Source of the DNA: Octopus sinensis
Lineage: Eukaryota
Length of the DNA stretch: 64,000 nucleotides
Reading direction: 5' to 3'
Assembly: GCF_006345805.1 (NCBI RefSeq)
Contig: NW_021833774.1
Location: 1-64,000 of the forward strand
Below are positions 56,115 to 64,000 of the stretch, in pieces. The notes beneath the pieces are model-generated. The model saw only the letters and a list, made by a program, of their open reading frames with translations. It searched no databases and was not told the DNA's origin. The first letter of the stretch is position 1. Each line of letters begins with the position of its first letter. The position numbers and the translations under genes are program-made.

Positions 56115-57250
56115 TATTAGTGTTCTTAATTCATCTTATGTGCATTGCCTAGAAATATTTCGTCACACACCTGTGACCTCTTCTGCGACTCTTTCATACA
56201 ACGTGCCTCCTCCTGTTCTGTTTAGTCCATTCTATCTTTCTATGGCGTGTATCCTTATCAGCACATGCCTTTGTGTCTGTATCTGTGTGTGTGTGTATGT
56301 GTGTGTGTGCGTGCCTGTATGTACGCATGTGTATGTGCCTTTTATTGTACGTTGATCGGTTAATAACAAAGAGGTTAAGGTATTATCAACCCATAGAAAA
56401 GACATGACACTTAGACAGATTACAGAGGCCATACACATAATAATAAATAGACCGTGACTCGACAGAAAACACGAATGGAAAAATAATACCCCACCAATAC
56501 ACACACAAAAGACACACATACACATATTTATGGTGAAATATAAGAAGTAGAAATAAATAAGTAAATAAATGAAAGAAAAATCTATATGAAGGGCACGGAC
56601 GCAAACAATATAATTTTAAACTGGAAAATGGATTAAGTCTACCACACAACAACACTATACACAATGAGATGAGAAAAATGCAACGTGTGTGTGTATGTGT
56701 GTGTGCGTGTGTGTTCATATACGCATGCATGCATATATACTCTTTTCTCTCTTTTACTTGTTTCAGTCATTTGACTGCGGCCATGCTGGAGCACCGCCTT
56801 TAGTCGAGCAAATTGACCCCAGGACTTACTCTTTGTAAGCCCAGTACTTATTCTATCGGTCTCTTTTGCCGAACCGCTAAGTTACGGGAACATAAACACA
56901 TCAGCATCGGTTGTCAAGCAATGCTAGGGGGACAAACACAGACACACAAACATACACGCACATACATATATATACATATATACGACGGGCTTCTTTCAGT
57001 TTCCGTCTACCAAATCCACTCACAAGGCTTTGGTCGGCCCGAAGCTATAGTAGAAGACACTTGCCCAAGGTGCCACACAGTGGGACTGGACCCGGAACCA
57101 TGTGGTTGGTAAACAAGCTACTTACCACACAGCCACTGCTGCGCCTATATATATATGTATATGCACACAAATATAATATTATTGGACGCTCGGGAAAGAA
57201 GGGAAGACAGAGGGAAAAAAATCGTCAATGGTACACACAACACACGAGGT

Positions 57251-57304
<54 letters not shown>

Positions 57305-58035
57305 TGTATATATACCGGAGTAAACACATAATGTGAAACAATGTGGAAAAAAGAGTACTCAAATACCAGAGGTAGAGTAATATGCTTTATTTAAAAGCAG
57401 CAGAAAATTCAACTAAACCTGTTACTCTAAGTTTCACGTTCCCGTTCGTCATATATATAAATATATATATATAAATACACACACACACACACACAAAACA
57501 CACACATATATGTATTATGTATGTATATATGTGTGTGTATGAATATATATGTAAATATGTATGCATGTGGAGTTCTTTGTGTTTGTCCTCCACTATTGCT
57601 TAGCAATTCCTATATATTTTTTTACATCCCTGAAACCGAGAACATAGTAACTTAGCAGTTCGGCAAAGGAGGCTGATACTAGAACTACCTAATTTAAGGT
57701 AATGTACGTGGTCAACTAGAGAGGTAGACTTGCTGTAGCTCTTCATACACCAATGAATTTAAATGGGTCGAATAATTATGGGTGACAATTTCATATGACA
57801 CCGCTAGAAACAACTGCCGTTCAAACCGAAAAGATCTGTGGCTTCGTTTACATTTCTGAAGATAACAGAAACCCTTTTCTCCCACCCCTAACTCTAACCC
57901 TAACCCTAAACCCTAAACCCCCCATATATATAAAAAAAAAACACTTTATTGAAATGTATCTTGTACTTCCGGTACCTATACCGAAGTTACGCCGCATTCA
58001 AGAATAAAAATAAATTATACTTAAATAATTTTACA

Positions 58036-58077
<42 letters not shown>

Positions 58078-58104
58078 TATCATAGTAATAATAATAATTA
58101 TAAT

Positions 58105-58137
<33 letters not shown>

Positions 58138-58236
58138 TATCATAATAATAATTAATAATTATAATTATAATAATAATAATAATAATAATAATATCATAAT
58201 AATAATAATAATTATAATTATAATTATTATAATAAT

Positions 58237-58269
<33 letters not shown>

Positions 58270-58309
58270 TATCATAATAAATAATAATAATAACAATAAT
58301 AATAATAAT

Positions 58310-58340
<31 letters not shown>

Positions 58341-58413
58341 GATAATAATTATAATTATAATAATAATAATTATAATTATAATAATAATAATAATAATGAT
58401 AATAATAATAATA

Positions 58414-58458
<45 letters not shown>

Positions 58459-58475
58459 TAATAATTATAATGATA

Positions 58476-58524
<49 letters not shown>

Positions 58525-58587
58525 TAACAATAATAATAATAATAATAATAATATTATAATAATAATAACAACAACAACAACAACAAC

Positions 58588-58625
<38 letters not shown>

Positions 58626-58991
58626 TGATGATGATGCTGATGATGATGATGATAATAATAATAATTATCGTAATAATAATAATAATAATAATAATAATTA
58701 ATCATATCTTTGTTTCCTGAGAAATTTAGAAATTATTCTTGAGCACCGTTGAAATCGACACTGTAAATGCGGACCTGTAATAATTTAGTTTCCGGTTTTA
58801 TCAGATGTAAACATTGATCATATATTTAACACACACACACAGCAGTTGCTCTTTAAACATATATATACGTGTGTGTGTGTCTTGTGGTGTATATATTATA
58901 GGGTGTCGACATAATTGGTGTACGTTGTATATTTTAGGGAATTGCAGAGAGAAGGTTTTATTTAAAAAAGGTAAATTTAAACCAGTGAAAT

Positions 58992-59052
58992 ATGTTGTCC
59001 AGCCTTGTTAAACAGCATTTGACTCAACAACAAGCCAGGAAGGAACTGCAAG
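58992..59052 (+). CDS. BLOC1S1: Probable first coding exon of BLOC-1 subunit 1 (GCN5L1); remaining exons not found in the window
   Basis: MLSSLVKQHLTQQQARKELQ-G|GTGAGT matches my recollection of the BLOC1S1 N-terminus (MLSRLLKEHQAKQNERKELQE) at 12/20 positions and ends in a strong donor. Short, and not database-checked. Confidence 0.68.
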
Positions 59053-59417
59053 GTGAGTGTAATAGACATATATATATATGTGTGTGTGTGTTTATATATA
59101 TAAAGGTTTTTTTTTATTTTTCATTGACTTCGAAATTTTCTGTAAAATTGTGGCGTTTTTTTTTTGTTTTTTTTCCGTGTTGGCTGCTATTTCTAGCACG
59201 TAAAATTACCTGTTAGAGGGTAATTTCCTATTTTAAAATACGTACATTATACATATATATATAATATATATATATATATACACCATACCTACCTACATAC
59301 ATATATATATATATACACACATACCTACATACATACATATATATATATAACACACACATACATATATATATACATACATATATATATATATATACACACA
59401 CACATACATATATATAT

Positions 59418-59504
<87 letters not shown>

Positions 59505-59507
59505 CAC

Positions 59508-59585
<78 letters not shown>

Positions 59586-59612
59586 GCTCATTTATGTATA
59601 TTAGCATTCGGT

Positions 59613-59878
59613 ACTACTCGCGAACAGTGGTCCCGGTGCGCGCACTCGCTAGCTAGTCGTAAGTAGTCGATCCTACAACGACCTTTTAATCCTAACCCTA
59701 ACCTTTGTTTGTTTATAAAAAATAATTTATTTACTTAGTTTAAAAAAATTATTTGCTTTGTTCGAAAAATATTATTTAATGCCTTGAAATACGAACATAC
59801 GCGCAAGTCGTATTTGGATCGACTACTCACGACTAGCTAGCGCGAGTGCGCGCACTGGGACCACTGTTCGTTAGTAGT
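59613..59878. mobile_element. CpG-rich MITE with ~60-bp TIRs
   Basis: CGAACAGTGGTCCCGGTGCGCGCACTCGCTAGCTAGTCGTAAGTAGTCGATCC is inverted at ~59817..59870. Confidence 0.7.
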
Positions 59879-59940
59879 TCCATGTACATGTATACGTTCT
59901 TGATACATACATACAAACACACATATATATATAGGCATAA

Positions 59941-60934
59941 CTAGTGATGTGTACCCCACCGATCTTGTTGTCTCATAGCTTCCAGAAAAATAAAAATAAA
60001 TAATTTTCAAGGAATTTTATCTACAAATAAGCGCTTAGATCCTATAGATTCGATGTATGTAGAATTTTGTTGCTAAATAAATTCTCCGAGGAATTGGGGA
60101 GAAGAATTTCGGAAAATTCGTTTGCTAGTAGTAAGTACCATGTACATATACGATCTTGATATATACAAACACACAAATATATAGGCATAACTAGTGATGT
60201 GTACCCCACCGATCTTGTTGTCTCATAGCTTCCAGAAAAATAAAAACTAATACTTTTTAAGGAATTTTATCTACATATTTGTAGATAAAATTAGATCCTG
60301 TAGATCCTTAGATCCTGTAGATGTAGAGATTTGTTGCCAAAAAGATTTTCCGAGGAATTGGGGAGAAGAATTTCGGAAAATTCGTTCGCTAGTAGTGCCA
60401 TGTACATACAAACACACACATATATAGGCATAACTAGTGATGTGTACCCCACCGATCTTGTTGTTTCATAGCTTCCAGAAATATAAAAATAAATGCTTTT
60501 TAAGGAATTTTATCTACAAATAAGCGCTTAGGTCCTATAGATTCGGTGTATGTAGAATTTTGTTGCTAAATAAATTTTTCTGTGGAGTTGGGGAGAAGAT
60601 TTTCGGAAAATTCACACGACCCGAAATTTTTCTCCCTCTCACAACTTTCAGGAAAATGAGTATTTTTTAATGAAATCTTATACAAATACTTTTCAAATGG
60701 TATAGATTACGATTACAGAGAAATTTGTTGGCACAATTTTTTTGCAAGGGGGCGGGGCAAGCAGTTTATGAAAATAGAGTTTCAGGTCAGACGGCCCACA
60801 AAAGTTGGAATTTTTCCATTTTGACGGGGATTTTTTCCAATTTTTTTTTTCACCACTGTTTCCGGAATGAAGGGAGACATCGTTTCAGGAAAAAAAAAAT
60901 TTTGAAATCCTGTAGTTATACCTATATTTATAGA
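59941..60934 (-). mobile_element. Helitron-like element (60434..60934) with two extra tandem copies of its 3' end (~245-bp period)
   Basis: A|TC at 60934 and CTAG|T at 60434 on the minus strand; CTAG-containing unit repeated at 60191 and 59941. The 3' hairpin is not obvious. Confidence 0.5.
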
Positions 60935-61532
60935 TATTGTATTACGTCCATACACGTAAGTTACGGGGACGTAAACACACCACCATCGGTTGTCAAGCAA
61001 TGTTTCGGGGACAAGCACAGACGCACAAACACACACACACACACACACATATAATAGTCTCTTTTGCTGAACTGCTAAGTTACGGGGATGTAAACACACT
61101 AGCATCAGTTGTCAAGCGATGATGTGGGGACAAACACAGACACACACAAATATATATATATATATACACATTGGCCTGCTCGCTTAGCCAGCGGGGTGGA
61201 GTCATTTGAAGGCTAAAACAATGCGAAGCGCATTGTGACCAGCGATGTGTAGCAACATCTGATAGCCTGGTCGGTCACGGTGATCACGGTGAAATATATA
61301 TATGCACCAATCAGATCGTGGCCGATGCCAGCCTCGCCTGGCACCTGTGCCGGTGGCACATAAAAAGCACCCACTACACTCACGGAGTGGTTGGCATTAG
61401 GAAGGGCATCCAGCCGTAGAAATTTTGCCAGATAAGACTGGTGCCTGGTGCAGCCTTCTGGCTTCCCAGATCCCCGGTCAAACCGTCCAACCCATGCTAG
61501 CATGGGGAACGGACGTTAAACGATGATGATGA

Positions 61533-61565
<33 letters not shown>

Positions 61566-62285
61566 TGCAGGGGTGGTGTCTTGTAAAAAGCTTGCTTTCC
61601 AACAACATGGTTCAAGGTTCAGTCCCACTGCATGGCACCTTGGGCAAGTGTCTTCAACTATAACATTGAAACAGTAGACTCCTTCAAGTCAAAGTCCATT
61701 CTGATACCAACTATAAACATGTCTCACCCACCCATTTTTTTTTTTTTTTCCAAAATCTCTTCAAATTCCTGTTATTAATAACAGAAATCTACAATCTTGT
61801 TTTATTCCTCTATTCCTTTATGTGTTCCATCCCAAAGGCCAGAGCCATGCTGGCACACTGATATATATTCTTTACTCTCTTTTACTCTTTTACTTGTTTC
61901 AGTCAGTTGACTGCGGCCATGCTGGAGCACCGCCTTTAATCGAGCAACTCGACCCCGGGACTTATTCTTTTTTATAAGCCCAGTACTTATTCTATCGGTC
62001 TCTTTTTGCTGAACCGCTAAGTGACGAGGACGTAAACACACCAGCATCGGTTGTCAAGCAATGCTAGGGGGACAAACACAGACACACAAACACACACACG
62101 CATATATATATATACATATATACGACGGGCTTCTTTCAGTTTCCGTCTACCATATCCACTCACAAGGCTTTGGTCGGCCCAAGGCTATAGCAGAAGACGT
62201 TTCCCCAAGGTGCCACACAGTGGGACTGAACCCGGAACCATGTGCTTGGTAAACAAGCTACTTACCACACAGCCACTCCTATATA

Positions 62286-63005
62286 TCATCATCATCATCA
62301 TCATCGTTTAGCGTCCAGCCAGACTGAGGTCTGGCGAACCAGATGTCTGCACCAGGCTCCAATCTTGATCTGGCAGAGTTTCTACAGCTGGATGCCCTTC
62401 CTAATGCCAACCCCTCCGAGAGTGTAGTGGGTGCTTTTACGTGCCTGTCAGGTGGTACTGGCAAACGCCACGCTCAAATGGTGCTTTTTATGTGCCACGT
62501 GCACAGGAGCCAGTCCAGCGGCACTGGCAACGACCTCGCTTGTATATTTTTTCCTGTGCCACCAGCACAAGTGCCAGTAAGGCGACGCAGGTAACGATCA
62601 CGCTCAGATGGTGTTTGTTATGTGCCACCAGCACGGAGGCCAGCTTGTTGCTCTGGTAATGATCACATTCATATGGTACTCTTAGCACTCCACTAGCACA
62701 GATGCCAGTCATCGAATTTGATTTTGATTTCACTTGCCTCAACAGATCTTCGCAAGCAGATTTTAGTGTCCAATGAAGGAAAAACCTGCATAAGTGGGCT
62801 GGTTACACCCCTGGCATAGGCCACGAGGTTATGGTCTCACTTGCGCTTGCCGAGTTTTCTCAAGCACAGCATGTTTCCAGAGGTCCAGGTCATTAGTCAT
62901 TGCTTTGGTGAGGCCCAATGTTCGAAGGTCATGCTTCACCACCTCATCCCAGGTTTTCCTGGGTCTAACTCTTCCACAGGTTTCCTCAACTGCTAGAGTG
63001 TGGCA
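62286..63005 (-). mobile_element. RTE-type LINE 3' end (ORF C-terminus + 3' UTR + (GAT)n tail)
   Basis: TCGRVRPRKTWDEVVKHDLRTLGLTKAMTNDLDLWKHAVLEKTR, then a UTR with repeated GTGGCAC(A/G)TAAAAAGCACC motifs. Confidence 0.75.
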
Positions 63006-63510
63006 TTATATATATATATATATACACACACATACATATGTATATATATTTAACCTGAACTAACTAGATGTAAGGGAGAGAAAAAAAAAATAAGTAATAG
63101 TAAAACAAAAGTTTTGTGATATAGAGATAAATGTCTGATAATAGGTTTTAGGGTTTTGTTTTGGGGGTGAGGGTCGTAAATCACTTCCTAGTTTCGGCGG
63201 CGGGTGGGGGCGGTTGAAATTTGATATTGTTGTGATGAGTGGTCAGTCTACACCTATCCACCACTACAAGTTTATAGCTTTAAGTTTATAGTGTGTATGT
63301 GCGTGCATATACACACACATACATACATACATACACACAGGCGTATGTACGTACGTACATACATTTGACAAATTAAACTTAAATGTTGAAGTGAATCGAA
63401 CGGCTTTTGTGTGTCTCTTAAATGGCTTACAAACACCTTCCACGCTGCAATTGTTTTCGTTCCAGCACACGATCTCAGATCAAATCACTTGCTATGCAAG
63501 TACATCTCCG

Positions 63511-63540
<30 letters not shown>

Positions 63541-63548
<8 letters not shown>

Positions 63549-63733
63549 TTAGCGATAAAACCACTATTAAGCAAATCAAACAGTGAAAAACATAAACCAA
63601 AACATAGAATTAAAATTAATTAATATAATATACAAAATATATAAAATATAAAATTCAAAATTTAAATTATTTAAATTTAAAGTTAAAAATTAAAAAAAAA
63701 ATTTTTTAATTATTAATTTATACTTATAAATTT

Positions 63734-63766
<33 letters not shown>

Positions 63767-63850
63767 TTAATTAATTTTATTTCTATATTTTGGTTTATGT
63801 TTTTCACTGTTTGATTTGCCTAATAGTGGTTTCATCTCTAATTTAATATA
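63541..63850. repeat. AT-rich fold-back repeat, ~85-bp arms (related sequence at ~350..500 and 10080..10400)
   Basis: AAACCACTATTAAGCAAATCAAACAGTGAAAAACATAAACC vs GGTTTATGTTTTTCACTGTTTGATTTGCCTAATAGTGGTTT. Confidence 0.7.
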
Positions 63851-63925
63851 TATATTTATACTGTAAAATTAGATTTAATCCTAAATCTAATTTTTCCCTG
63901 TAAGTTTGGATTTACTCCCTAATAT

Positions 63926-63966
<41 letters not shown>

Positions 63967-64000
63967 CAACACATATATACATTATATATACAACATGTAA

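Overview
AT-rich, microsatellite- and transposon-dense animal genomic DNA. The SINE repertoire and the (TA)n/(TATG)n/(TAA)n landscape point to an octopus (coleoid cephalopod); this is inference from recognised repeat types. I reconstructed one complete six-exon gene on the + strand (39433..54520, 650 aa, all introns GT-AG with consistent phases). It encodes a secreted protein: signal peptide, probable degenerate lysozyme-like domain, VWA domain with intact MIDAS, N-glycosylation-rich linker, and three chitin-binding (CBM14/peritrophin-A-like) repeats. A second, diverged but intact copy of its promoter and first exon lies 26.1 kb upstream (13321..13548). I found no downstream exons of its own, so the two may be alternative first exons of one gene. 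A probable first coding exon of BLOC1S1 lies at 58992..59052. The rest is mobile DNA: R4/Dong-like RLE LINEs at (TAA)n tracts, RTE, CR1/L2-like and Penelope fragments, Tc1, mariner, MITEs, Helitrons and four tRNA-derived SINE families. A canonical type I hammerhead ribozyme (849..893) sits in a terminally redundant ~354-bp unit, and several other small repeats carry damaged hammerhead-like motifs. No true rRNA/tRNA genes or CRISPR arrays were seen. Most ORFs in the supplied track are microsatellite artefacts. All coordinates, alignments and counts were done by eye.
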